A program made the translations under genes and the position numbers. DNA of 63,796 bases, filler included, from Aduncisulcus paluster (lineage: Eukaryota): the NCBI GenBank assembly GCA_024181965.1. It is 5 parts of 5 records of this genome, joined end to end, with 100 filler letters (N's around TTAATTAATTAA, not from the genome) between each part and the next. Parts side by side here need not be neighbours in the genome. Positions count along the whole stretch, not along the records: positions 37,146 to 61,476 come from BQXS01012609.1; positions 61,577 to 63,796 come from BQXS01012626.1; 3 more parts are not named here. The stretch is one strand, 5' to 3'. The notes under the pieces are model-generated. The model was not told the origin of the DNA. It worked only from the letters and a program-made list of their open reading frames with translations, and searched no databases. This document shows, piece by piece, positions 50,522 to 63,030 of the stretch. The number at the start of each line of letters is the position of its first letter. Position 1 is the first letter of the stretch.

Positions 50522-50824
50522 TATATGATACTATGAAGTCTAAATCATATATTATTGCCCAATTATCAAGTTCAAATTATTCACCACTAAGTAAACCCCT
50601 TTTTTTGGATATTGTTGTTATCATATTTAAAATGTATATTCTTGATAGAGTCATATTGGTAATTAAATCTAATATGTTCTTGAAAGTGTATTATCAATTT
50701 GATTGTCCCCGGGCTGATGGGTCATCATGGTAATACAAAATTGCCGTTTTCCTTGAAATTAGTGTAAAGAAGACTTTTCAAAGTTGAAAATAACATCTTC
50801 TTTATAATTTCGACAGTTCTTACA

Positions 50825-53277
50825 ATGCATTCTTATTATAGTAGTCTCCTTTTCAATTATTTTAGGAAATCTGGGTTTTCTGAGAGTAAGGCGTGTTTGT
50901 TTGATGAAGTACTTCCGTTCATTGCTTCTAAAACTGAAGATTCATCAACTATCCGTCTTAACAATGGTTCTGAAATCCGATGCCCCCCCTTTTCTACGCT
51001 TTCTTCTTTCTTGGTTAAATTAACGAGAGAGTGTAAAAATATTGCCCATTTACTTGATATGGAAATAGATCAACTCAATTCAACAATGATTGCTTCATTC
51101 TTTTTGCAGCTTGTGCATCGTCCAGATTATTTCTCTCTTAAAGAGATAAACCAAACAGTTTGCGACAAAGACAAAGCCAAAATCGGATCTTTATCGCCAT
51201 TATCATTTAAAACTTCGGTTTTCCCCCATTTTTCCTCAAAGAGTGACCTCATCCCGTACATTCAGTTTGTGTCTTCTTTTGCTCTCTTTTTCGGATCATT
51301 CTTAATAAGCAGATCTCTTTCATTTGATTTTACTATCTTTGGGATTATAAATGGTCTGTTTTATGGAACTTTCATCCATTTTATTCTCCTTGCTTTCGAG
51401 AAGAAACTTGGGCACAAGAATGCAATCTCCATTTGCCAAATCCTCTTCTTAATTGTTAATCTGCTCTTTTCTGTATTAACTATTTTCTTTGTCTTCTCAG
51501 ATAATACATCTCCAGNNNNNNNNNNNNNNNNNNNNCGTACATTCAGTTTGTGTCTTCTTTTGCTCTCTTTTTCGGATCATTCTTAATAAGCAGATCTCTT
51601 TCATTTGATTTTACTATCTTTGGGATTATAAATGGTCTGTTTTATGGAACTTTCATCCATTTTATTCTCCTTGCTTTCGAGAAGAAACTTGGGCACAAGA
51701 ATGCAATCTCCATTTGCCAAATCCTCTTCTTAATTGTTAATCTGCTCTTTTCTGTATTAACTATTTTCTTTGTCTTCTCAGATAATACATCTCCAGGGTT
51801 TAGTCTTTACTTGTCCTATATTCTAACCATATCCTTTGCCATTCCTGCCCTTTTCATGCCTTTGAATGTCCATCTTCCCACCTCTTCCCGGATTATAAGC
51901 TTTTCAGCCCCGCTTGCCCTCGTTATACTTGTGTCTCTGGTGGTCGTGATGGTATTTGAGAGTCCTGTGGATCCTTCATCCGATTCTCATGTTTCTCACA
52001 TGTTTATTATCGGAATGGAACTGTTATCGGTCATTATGTGGATATTTTCCTTTATCGGAACAAGGAAGAATCATCCAGAAACGTGCACATGTGTTTATAC
52101 TGCTCTTTTACTGCAAAACATCTCCAACCAATTGGGAATAAGTGGAAATGAGAAACAAAAAAATGAGGATGGAACAATCTTGACTTCTGACGAAATGGTT
52201 TCTGAATTAAAACGATTCCAAGCCCTCTGCTATCGATCCGGAACATCTGATTCTATGAATATGAAAGGATCTCCATCTCCTTCTCTTCTTACTTCAGGCG
52301 ACATCGCTGGATCTGAGCTGTCCTCTATACGTTCTAAAGATAATATACATCCTTCTTCTTGTGGTTCACCTTCACTGAGAACAACCAGAAGAAGCAGTGA
52401 TTGTGCTCTCATTGGTGATAATGTTGAGTCTGATTCGACTTGTTTGCTTCCTCGTGTTGCTCCAAAGAGTTCCATTTCGACCTTTATGGCCCTTTTCAAG
52501 TGTGGATCAATGATATCAACAGCGTGTTTTGTTGCATCAAATGCCATGATGGTATTTCTCTCTCTTATGATTGTTGACTCTTTTCTCTTGTTCCTCGATG
52601 ATGTTACCTTGCTCAAAGGCTTGGGGTATGATCCTCTCGAATATACCGACCTTGAGAGTGCCTTAATCATTAGAAATTACATTGATATGGCACCTGTAAC
52701 GGTATTCTTTGGATTGGCTGTGGGTCTCTTTATTCCTGCACTTGTCAGTATCCTTGGAAAGGTTGCTTTGTTGCAACACGAAGAAGACTTCGGAATGATA
52801 AAACACAACAATAGATCTCTTTTGTCAGATGCTTTTTATACCACAAATGGTGGGCCAAAACAGGGTTTCTTGAAGAGAACAAGAAACATCCGTGGAAAGA
52901 GTGTAATAATTCCAACCATTTCTCCTGCTTTTCTTGTTATTTCAACGATCTTTGCTATGCTGACAATTATTGTTCTATTGATCGAAAGTGAGGGTGGGTT
53001 TATCCCAATGTTGCTTGCTGTCCTTGCACCTCTTTTTGCTGGAAGTTGTCTGTCAACCTGTTTGTGTGGGCTTAAATCTGTTGATCTCGAGTCCAAATTA
53101 TTTACATGGGTTTATTGTATTTCAGTTGCAACTTTTCTTCCATCGATAATCAATGCTGGAATACGGAAAGATGATTATTATTTTGGATATACATGCTTTT
53201 TAAGTGGGGGATTTTACTTTATTTGTGCTATTCTTGAAATGGTTAAGCTTTTAAAATGCCATAAATGTCAAAAATGA
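50825..53277 (+). CDS. Hypothetical multi-pass membrane protein (two TM bundles around a Ser-rich loop, transporter-like)
   Basis: About 10-12 hydrophobic segments. It is one gene split by the gap duplication at 51516-51535. Confidence 0.7.
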
Positions 53278-53695
53278 ACAGAGTAACGAGATTGTTGTTT
53301 GTTGCAAATTTGAAGTGCTTTTTCTTCAGGTTATAGATTACAATTAACTTTAGTATTAAATTGTACTAAAATCCATAACAATTTTGTTGATTTCTCTCCT
53401 GTTTTTTTTCTTTTTTTTATATGATTAATCCCCTTATGATCAAACGTCCTCGCTGTTTTTGTTCCTCTTTTTATTCTCTCGCTGTCATAAAAAAAATAAA
53501 TATTTCTGAAACAAATTACATTTTAATTTAATATTGTTCCCATTTTTGCGAAAATATCGGCCCGAACCCTTGGATAATTTCAAGTCTCCTGTTTGGTTAT
53601 TAAAAAAGAAATTTTAAGTAATTTTAGGCAATTTCCTTTTTATTTAACACTATTGGTGAAAATATAAATCTTTGTAACTCTGATCACTATTTAAT

Positions 53696-54676
53696 ATGAA
53701 GCTCTCGAAGGATTATGATTCAATCGTCGCTGAAATCGATTATGGAATGAAAATTCAAGTTGCTCTTGCGCATATTTCTCAAGGTTTTTATGAATTAGTG
53801 CGCTATATTTACCAAGTTCCCATCAAAGAGTTCTTTTTATCGTTGGCATACTATTTTGAAGCCTATGTTGAATTAGAGCGATTGAATGGCGACAGATCGT
53901 ATAGAGAGGCAGAGATATTAGAATTGCCCCCTGACGAAAAAAGTAGAGTTGATTATCATGTTTATAAGAGAGATTTACTTATTTTTTCTGAACGTCTTGT
54001 TCTTTGCATTCGTCTATTCAAATCTCTTCGTATTATTCAAGATAAATATACAAATGTTCTTCTTACATCCAAAGGGCGCCCTCATAAAGGAGAAGCAGAA
54101 ATGGAGTTTTTCAATTTTATTTTTCTTGTCGGCGTTCGGTTTGTATGCTCTTTGCACGCAAATGACGTCTGGAAAGCGATTGAAATTGAGTCACATAGGT
54201 TATTTACGGCAACATTTTATCAGAAATCATGGTCAGAATTGGTAGGCATTCAGAAAGAACACACGAGCGTCAAACAACGTCGGAGTAAGTTGGGAAAAGC
54301 TCTTAAATTGAGATCGCCGATATCTCGTGTTCCTAGAGAAAATGACGATGCCATTGAAGAAATGAAGAAAGCGTTGAGTGCTTGCCTCCCCCGATGCCCA
54401 CCTCATTATGTATTTACGGATGCCGATAAAAAAGAACTCCGGCATTCTGTTAATGAAGTTGTTAGAGAATTTCCCGAAAGTCATACCACGATGTTTCCTT
54501 ACCTTTTAAAGGCCTGTGGAGTCATTCCATTTTCATCCAAGGGAATTCCTTTGTCTCCAAAGAAAAAACACATCGAAACGACAACAGAGGCTTTATTTGG
54601 ACAAGATAATATCCTTCCTGATCTTTGTGCTTCTTCTCTTCGTGAGATAAAAACATCCGAAGATGAGGAGGATTAA
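53696..54676 (+). CDS. PPP1R36-like (PP1 regulatory subunit 36 family) protein
   Basis: FFLSLAYYFEAYVE, YTNVLL, EMEFFNFIF, IEIESHRLF..TFY and LRSP occur in the order recalled for this family. Confidence 0.5.
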   Translation: MKLSKDYDSIVAEIDYGMKIQVALAHISQGFYELVRYIYQVPIKEFFLSLAYYFEAYVELERLNGDRSYREAEILELPPDEKSRVDYHVYKRDLLIFSERLVLCIRLFKSLRIIQDKYTNVLLTSKGRPHKGEAEMEFFNFIFLVGVRFVCSLHANDVWKAIEIESHRLFTATFYQKSWSELVGIQKEHTSVKQRRSKLGKALKLRSPISRVPRENDDAIEEMKKALSACLPRCPPHYVFTDADKKELRHSVNEVVREFPESHTTMFPYLLKACGVIPFSSKGIPLSPKKKHIETTTEALFGQDNILPDLCASSLREIKTSEDEED

Positions 54677-54964
54677 ATTCGTATCCACGTGAATTTTATC
54701 ATATATCTCGAAAATAATGTATAAATTTATTCTGTAATTATAATATATAATATTAAATTCTCCATATCTTGGCCATAACGAGCTTTTTTCGTCTATAGCG
54801 TGTTGTCGTAAATTTTCTTTCAAGATTATTCATTATTCTCATAATATTTATTTTTCAAATTGGTTAATAAAATTCTCCTCTACAATATGAGTTTTAATGT
54901 GGCAATGATGAGTATTAGTTTGGAAGGCAATATTGGTGTCTTTTTGTCAATATTTAATAATTTA

Positions 54965-57525
54965 ATGGGCAGAAAAGTTGACAAAACTGGAAAATATTTC
55001 CCTTTTAGTGATAAAGAACTCGATTTTCTGAAGTTTTGGTATGTTTTTGTTTTTCTGTGTGCTTTTTCCGATTTCCGACTTTAATTTGTGATGATACCAT
55101 TTACAATATATTTTATTTTTTCTTTTATGGTAGGGAACAATGTGAAAATAATATAAAGGACTCGTATTTTATTGAAACTTTGCTACTTTCCCCAAGTGAG
55201 AGCGTATCTGATGAATGCGATGATATTCAAGAAAAATTGGTTGCATTCCAGCGTCAACTAAATACAATTATTATAACAATTGCCAAAAATAGACATGATC
55301 TTGTTTTTCTTCATCAATATCTTGCCGAACATTCTGAACAGTGTATTTCGAGAAAACATCACGGTGAAGGTCAAATTCAATCATTAAAATCGTTTTCTCC
55401 ATTGTTTGGATGCTTTGATGAGCTGTTTTCTTGTTTTGAAGGGATACCTCCTTCCAAAATTGTTCTAAAGTCTATTATTAGAAAAATACTTGGCTTTCCA
55501 GGGGGTAAACCCTCTCCAAATATCTCTGAAGACTATCCGTACTTCCCTCAGAGTGTCATTGACTTTGATAATCAGCTCAAACGATATCGTTCAACTCTCC
55601 AACGGGTGTCGAACGCCAAGGCCCATCGAACCACTGTAATTTCCCATAAAGATGATGAAATTGTCGCTGCATCAAGGAGTATATTTGGAGATTCCATTGA
55701 TACTCTTCCCCATGATGTTATTTCCTTCGAAAAATTATATCAGTCTCTCAGGGTGTATAATAATAGAATATCGTCACTGGATCTTCTAAAAATAGAATAC
55801 ATTGATGAGACATATGCTAAAAATATAACAGATATTGAGATGGTTCCACTTTCATGGTCAGAATATTGTTCAGAAGAACGAATTTATGCAAACTTTGAAG
55901 TAATTCGTGAATATATCGAATCAATTATCCAAGAAATCAAATCAAATTATATTCTTACCGTTAAATATTTTTGTTATGTTAGAGAAACTCAAATGATGGA
56001 GGAATTACTAAAAAAGTTCGTGGTTACGAAGCTCATCGAATGTCAGCATGAAATTTCATATTTCTTCAAAATGCATTTAAATTCTTTGTATTCACAAGCT
56101 ATGGGTATCGTTTTTAAGCGGCAACGTCGGTTTGATGTTATTAATTCATATATTCAATCAAGAATTGAAGAGGAAAAACAAAAGGAAGAATATATAAATG
56201 TAGATATTCAAAAAATGAAACAAAAAAAGCAATGTTTGGATTCCAACCCACATAAATTGAGCAAAATGTCTAAAACTTCCCCCTTTTCTTCCCATTCTTC
56301 ATTACTTGAATATTACTCTCCTTCTCAACTTTCTCACAAAGATAAAAATAGTTCAAGGTTACAAACACCAACAAGCATGCCTCTTAAGAGCTCCAAAACA
56401 AGACATCGAAGCACACCATCTTTTCTTTTGACAAAACAGCTTGAGTTTGAGTTTCCTTCTTCTCCTTTTCCCCTTATTGTTCCTCCTTTTCCTCCTTCAA
56501 TCGAGGAGTACAATGCCATATCATCTTCTTCCTCTCATCTTGGAATATCTTCTATTCACAACACTGAAGAAGAGAGGAGAGAAGAGATGACACCTCATAC
56601 AATGTCTCCACAGAAACCATCAATACGATTGCCCAGTTCAGTATCTTCAACCTTGACAATGAAATCGCACAAGAGAGTGTCTTCAAGTTCCTCAATATCA
56701 CAACCATTATCTTCATGTGGAATGCAAGTACCTATAAGTGAACAGTCCTGTATGAAAGAAATAGTTAGTGCCACAATATTTAGAGATGTTTATTCAAACG
56801 TTCCTCGAATCGTTAAGTTTCAACTCTCGACTAAGACTCTAGATTGTGGAAGACGATTGTCTGGTGCTCTGAAGAGTTCATCTTGTCCATCAGATCTCTT
56901 ATCTCGGCTTCAAATTGAATATAAAAATATGGTTATTGCAGATAGAGTGACATTTTCTCGAAAGGTAAGTGATTTCGTGTCAAAACGAGTCAATCCGTGC
57001 ATGATTAACACCTTTTTGGCGGATATTGGGGTCTTTTTCATTGAGGTAGAGCTCAAACATGCAGCTCTGTTACGAGAAAGAGATAGGTTTGTTCATTTCT
57101 TAAATAGTACATTCATTCGTCAACAAAAGGATTTGAAAGGTAAATGTTCAGATTATTTGGAAAGGAGTGTGAAAAGAGCTAAATATATAGTTGGTTTTGG
57201 AGACATTGGAAACCGTTATTCGTTCTATTTTAAGGTGAAAAACGGTCAAACCGCTAAAACAACTCCTAAAATAGTTTCGCCCATGTGTCGTAAAAACAGT
57301 GTAATCGTGAAAGAAGATAATGCTGAGGAAGAAGGTGGAATCCTCTCCGTTGTATCCTCTTGCAAGACAGCCGTTGATGAAATGAGCCCTTCCGGTGCCC
57401 TTACCGATCCTATTGAATCTTCACCAAGTGTAATGTTCCATGAATCGACTCCCATTCCTAAGTCAAAATCTCCAAAGAAAAGGGACATTCAATGTTTTGG
57501 AGGAACGATCAAACTCAATTTTTAA
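54965..57525 (+). CDS. Hypothetical protein (~830 aa); exon 1 54965-55038, intron 55039-55133
   Basis: A GTATGT..TAG intron joins MGRKVDKTGKYFPFSDKELDFLKFW to the long ORF in frame. Confidence 0.78.
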
Positions 57526-58277
57526 TGCTAGTTTTGGGCAAAAATAAAGTGAAATGGAGCTTGTTTTGGTCTTAGGTTGGGTTTGAATCGGGTTTTAATT
57601 GGTATTACTGAGGTATTGAGTTTGTCTTGCGAATAGTACAAACAATTATGTAAATAGAGGAAAGAATAGTATTGTTTCAGGTTTGAAATGGGATTATCAA
57701 ATGCAGGTGCTTGTATGACACTGAATTACAGCTGAAGCTCGGATCTCAGATCATTCTCGAGAACAGATGATAATAAACATATTCCATGCAATCCAAGAAT
57801 GGTTACAATATCATAACATCAAGGTGTTTCCAAGAAGCATTTTCTCACAATGGAAATAAATCTGTCCTGTTCGGAAGGACTAATTCTTATCCCATTCCAG
57901 ATCAAGCATAAGGATAGTATTGAAAAACACATCTTTGTAATTTATAGTTTAGAAATCTTTCGTAAGGGTTTTTTATTGAACTTTTTAAATGTGGCAGAAT
58001 CCTTGAGAGGATTATAGCAAAGCCGTCGACTGAGTCGACTCGACTCGCAGTTCTCGATTTAGTGTTTTGCTCACAATATTAAACAAAGCCCGAACAAAAC
58101 TATTTTCTACTTGTTTATTTCGATAAAAAAGGCCATCATAATCTTTATTGTATATTCCATTTCGTTGCCATTAACAAAAAGGCCTGAAGTTCTTCCCTAT
58201 TGTACTTTTTAGATACTTATTCAATCAGATCTTATCAAATATTCTTATAAAATTACTCATTAGAAAAGAAAAACAAA

Positions 58278-61200
58278 ATGGGTCAAGGCATTAGTTCGAC
58301 CATTCAAATCGTAAAACCAGTCTTCGTTCATAAAGGAAGTGAACATTGCGGTCCAATTTCTCGAGAATCTCCCAATATTATAAACCCATACGTTCTGAGT
58401 ATCAAAGCAAAAAACGCAATCTCAACAGAAAATTATGATCAATGTGCCAATGCACAAAGAATGATGGTAGGAGATCGGCATGAGGGCTTATTTACCCATA
58501 TCTCCATTCCTTTTTTTCCTTCTTCTCCAATGAAAGGTGCTTATATCTGTCTATATGGGTCGCTTTCAGATCATCTTCTATTCACCTTCTCATCTTCCAA
58601 GAAGGGTGAAAACACAACAAAGAAATACGAATTTCCAGAAGTTAGAGGTTATCGTTGGTATTATCTCCCTGTTGATCTCTCTAATATTGTTTTATGTGAG
58701 ATTACAGGGAAAGGGAGCAATCCTTTGGGTTTTAAAATTGAATCTCTCGTTTTCATTAGTAGAGAAGAAACTCATGATGAAATCACATCTCGTGAAGCCA
58801 GAGAAAAACTATGGTATGACTCTCCAGTTGTGAAACCAGAGTTTGTTAAGGAAGGAGATTGGAAATCTATCCCCATTCTTGGTGATGAATCAAAGCTCAT
58901 TGGTCCTTCATTATCAATGGTAAAAGGAAAAAATGATTCGGTGAGTAAGGAATCCGATGAGTATGAGCAGAGTTTAGGAGCACAAAGAATGTTAAAAGGA
59001 GAAGGGGGTGTATCCTTATCCCATCTTTCCATCCCTTTTCCATCACCTAGTCCAATGAAAGGTGCTTATATCTGTGTTCACAAGAATGCCAGTTCTCCCT
59101 CTCTTCTCTTCACTTTCACTGATTGTGATGGTAAGAAGACCTCCAAAAAGTATGAATTTTCACAGCTTAAAGATTGGTATGAATGGCACTTCCTTCCTAT
59201 TGATTTAGATAATGTTATATTGTGTGAGATTGAAGGGAAAGGAGCATGGTGTGAGAAGAATGGTCGATGGTTCCGTTTGTATTCCCTCATTTTCTATGGT
59301 GGTGATGTTCCTTCTGTCTATTGCTCCAAAAAATCTGCTTCATCTTTGTCTTTAAGAATTGTTAAATCTAAAGACTTGGAAGAAGAGGATAAGAAAGAAG
59401 AAGATTCTCGAAAGAAGAAAGAAAATCCATGCGTTTTGATCGAATCACACGAACAAGTGAATACATCTAATATGTCTCCCAATCTCTATGATTATGAAGA
59501 AGAAGAAGAGGAAGAGGAAGAAGAAGAAGAAGAGGAAGAGGAAGAAGAAAAGCCAGAGGAAGAAGAAAAGCCANNNNNNNNNNNNNNNNNNNNCCTTCTG
59601 TCTATTGCTCCAAAAAATCTGCTTCATCTTTGTCTTTAAGAATTGTTAAATCTAAAGACTTGGAAGAAGAGGATAAGAAAGAAGAAGATTCTCGAAAGAA
59701 GAAAGAAAATCCATGCGTTTTGATCGAATCACACGAACAAGTGAATACATCTAATATGTCTCCCAATCTCTATGATTATGAAGAAGAAGAAGAGGAAGAG
59801 GAAGAAGAAGAAGAAGAGGAAGAGGAAGAAGAAAAGCCAGAGGAAGAAGAAAAGCCAGAGTTTGTTCATGAAGGAGATAGAGATTGTTGTCCAATTCCAC
59901 GAGATTCATCAAATATAGTTGCTGTAAATTTTGATAAGATTGAAGCAAAAAATGAAAATAAGAGAGAAATTGATGCTGATTACGATCAGAGTTATGATGC
60001 ACAAGACATGATGAAAGGAGAGTATAATGATGGATGTTTTACCCATATATCCATTCCTCTCTCTTCATCTTCCCCAATGAAAGGGGCTTATCTTTGTTTA
60101 GATGTTCTTAATTCACCTCCATCTCTTCTCAATTTTACTTTAACATCTTCAAAGGGTGATGAATCGGTCAAGAAATATCATTTTCCAAAATATCGCACTG
60201 AGTTTGAAGATCATCGTTGGTATTACCTTCCTATTGATCTCTCTGATGTTGTTCTGTGTGAGATTACAGGGAAAGGAAGGAAAGAAGAGTATTTATTTAA
60301 ATTTAAAATCCCATCTCTCGTTTTCATAAGAGAAGAAACAAATGAGGAAATTCTAGCTCGTAAATCCAGAGAAAACTTGTGGTCTGAAGCTTCAATTGTG
60401 GAGCCATTAATTGTTTCAGATATTGGATCCAATTCTGTTCCAATCCCAAAAGATGATCCCAGGCTGATTAATCTTTCATTGTCAAAGATTAAAGCGAAGG
60501 ATGATCACCTTTGTGTGGAATCTGAAAACTATGATCAGAGTATAAGTGCCAAAAAAATGCTAAAAATGGAAGATTTTGTTGGTTTGTCACATCTTACTAT
60601 CCCTTTTCCATCATATAGTTCTTTGAAAGGTGCATATATTGGCGTGAATGATGATTACAGTTCACCCTCTCTTCTCTTCACTTTCACTGATTGTGATGGT
60701 AAGAAGACATCCAAGAAGTATGAATTTACAGAACCGAAACATGACTACGAATGGTATTACCTTCCTATTGATTTAGATAATGTTGTATTGTGTGAGATTG
60801 AAGGGAAAGGAATGTGGGATGAAAAGAATTGTAGGTATTTCAATATCTACTCCCTTCTTTTCATCCGCAGTGAAGACATTCCCACCACTACTTACTCGAG
60901 TATTGCAAAATGTAATTCAAAAGAAAGAAGAAGAAGAAGAAGAAGAAGAAGAAGAGGAAGATATCTCCCCCCAAAAAATAACATCGTCCAGACTTGCCCA
61001 TCCTAAAGTTCCATATCCTATGATACTTAAGTCCAAGGATGCAGCGAAATCCACCCCCAATCACGAGTCTTTGACCCTGACAACCGCATCAAATCTCACT
61101 CCTCAGTGCATCATTGGCAGTGGTGGGTTTGGAGAAGTTCTTCTTGTCAAAGTTGCTGGTATTCCTTTCCCATGTGTTCTGAAGAAGATGCTTCGGATTG

Positions 61201-61476
61201 CGGACAAAACTGTTGTGAAAGGGTGTCGGAAGGAGTTTAAAGTGCAACTCAAGTTGTTCAATAATCCCAAGTGTTTCAACCGTATCCCACGTCCTCTGTA
61301 TATCCTTGACCTGCTTGATTCCGATATGAAGGGTGTATATGGCTTCTTGATGGAATTTTGTGTTGGAGGCAGTGTGAATGCGTTTGCCAAGCGTTGGTGT
61401 GCTGATGACAAGTATGTGAGTGCATTGGATGATGGAAACTCACATTCAGACTCAGACTCAGACTCAAGTTCTGCCT
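58278..61476 (+). CDS. Second repeat-module kinase: four modules plus kinase N-lobe; intronless; 3'-truncated
   Basis: MGQGISS start, four copies of the same module, and a kinase start nearly identical to 6420-6830. It is broken by the gap at 59574-59593 and a frameshift in a GAA tract near 60925. Confidence 0.87.
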
Positions 61477-61576
61477 NNNNNNNNNNNNNNNNNNNNNNNN
61501 NNNNNNNNNNNNNNNNNNNNTTAATTAATTAANNNNNNNNNNNNNNNNNNNNNNNNNNNNNNNNNNNNNNNNNNNN
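61477..61576. other. Artificial scaffold-joining spacer
   Basis: N44-TTAATTAATTAA-N44. Confidence 0.97.
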
Positions 61577-63030
61577 ACTTGACAATGAGATCTTTTGCAC
61601 CAGGAAGCAATTTCCCATCTCTCCATAAAACTCCGTCACAATCGAAACAAACCAACTTAATTCGATCACTACAAATAAATGACTGAAGATTAGTCGCTGG
61701 AATAGAGCCATCAAACTTCATGAAGGGGGATTGGAAACGGAGATTATGGATCAGGAATCTTCGAGACGATATCCTTCCCATCTGTGAGTTCCCTTCAATC
61801 TCACACAAAACAACGTTAGACAAATCAATAGGCAGGAAATGCCATTCATGTTCATAATCACACACATGTTCAATGGTGGGAAATCCATACTTCTTGTACG
61901 TTACTTTTCCATCAGAATCCGTGAAAGTGAAGAAAAGCTGAAGAGAACTATCTTCCTTGCCCACACAGATATAAACCCCTTTCAAGGGAGTTGGTGACGA
62001 GAAAGGGATGGAAAGATGTGATAAAGATAAACGATGCTCAGCATTTCCTTGTAGCATTTCTTGAACAGCCAAACTTTGATCATATCTTGCATGATCTTTG
62101 CTCATACAGTCATCCTTTGCTTTTATATTAGGGAGTGACAGCTTAATAAATGGATCTACAAATGAAATGGGAATAGATCCTTCCAATTTGGAAATATGCT
62201 GGGTCTTTATGATAGGCTATGACAGTTGTTTTTTAGAACAATAGATAGATGGATTGTTTATATTGATGTTGAACAGACCATGGCAATATAACAAACAATA
62301 TAAAAATAAATAAATAAATAAATAAATTATTGTTTAATATAAACAGAAGATATTGAGAAAATATTGAGGGAAAAGATATAAAAGAAACATACGAGTCCAT
62401 CCATTATTGATTTGAAATGATCCAGATGTGATGATCCGTGAGTCATCTTTTGTGGCACTCTCTCAGTTGTTTCTCTAACAAAAGCGAGGGAATGGATTGA
62501 AAAGCTTTCTGGGTGCTTTTTGGGGGTTGTTATTTCACACAGAGCAATGTCAGAAAGATGAATTGGGAGAAAGAACCAACTTGACCCCTTAAATCTAAAT
62601 TCATATCGTTTTAACGTTGTTTTACCATGTAAGGAAGTAAAAGTGAATAAAAGATGAAGAGGAGAAGTCGAAGAATTTAATAAACAGATATACGCACCTT
62701 TTAAAAAGGTCGAACGGGGAAAATGGATTGAGATCTTGGAGAATTCACAAATACAGCCTTCTCCATTCAATATTTTCTGAGATTCAGAGGCCATATCGAA
62801 TCCATCGAATCCATCGCCTCGCCTACCTCCTGTTGTATTGATTCCCTTGGTGGTTCTGATAGATGCAAGTTCTCCCTCATTAATGAACTCTGGGACAATG
62901 ATTTCAATCTAATACAGTGGAAATTATCAAAAGCAGATATGAGGTTAGTACAAAATAATAATAATAAAATCATAAGCTATAAGAAGGAAATATGGACACA
63001 TACATCTGGACTTTCTGCAGGTGAACTCAT
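61577..63030 (-). CDS. Two repeat modules fused to a HAD class IIA (PGP/Pho13/chronophin-like) phosphatase; exons 63030-63004, 62908-62393, 62216-61577; 3'-truncated
   Basis: Two phase-0 GTATGT..TAG introns give MSSPAESPD|IEIIVPEFINEG...MDGL|PIIKTQH... The protein ends in IKLVCFDCDGVLWRDGKLLPGAKDLI (HAD motif I). Confidence 0.82.

Noticed and set aside
53255..53290. Possible Sec read-through at the TGA after CHKC
   Set aside because: A TAA follows two codons later, there is no redox-fold context, and no SECIS-like element was seen downstream.
2003..59836. Tandem duplications of about 180-300 bp either side of the 20-N gaps (2212, 15703, 22139, 27880, 31172, 34183, 43036, 51516, 59574)
   Set aside because: All are near-identical overlaps around a fixed-length gap. 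They are unmerged contig overlaps from scaffolding, not biological repeats or pseudogenising frameshifts.
60915..60965. Frameshift and poly-Arg ORF end between the modules and the kinase
   Set aside because: It is an indel in an A/GAA microsatellite. The other frame gives the expected poly-Glu linker. It needs a read check but is probably an error.
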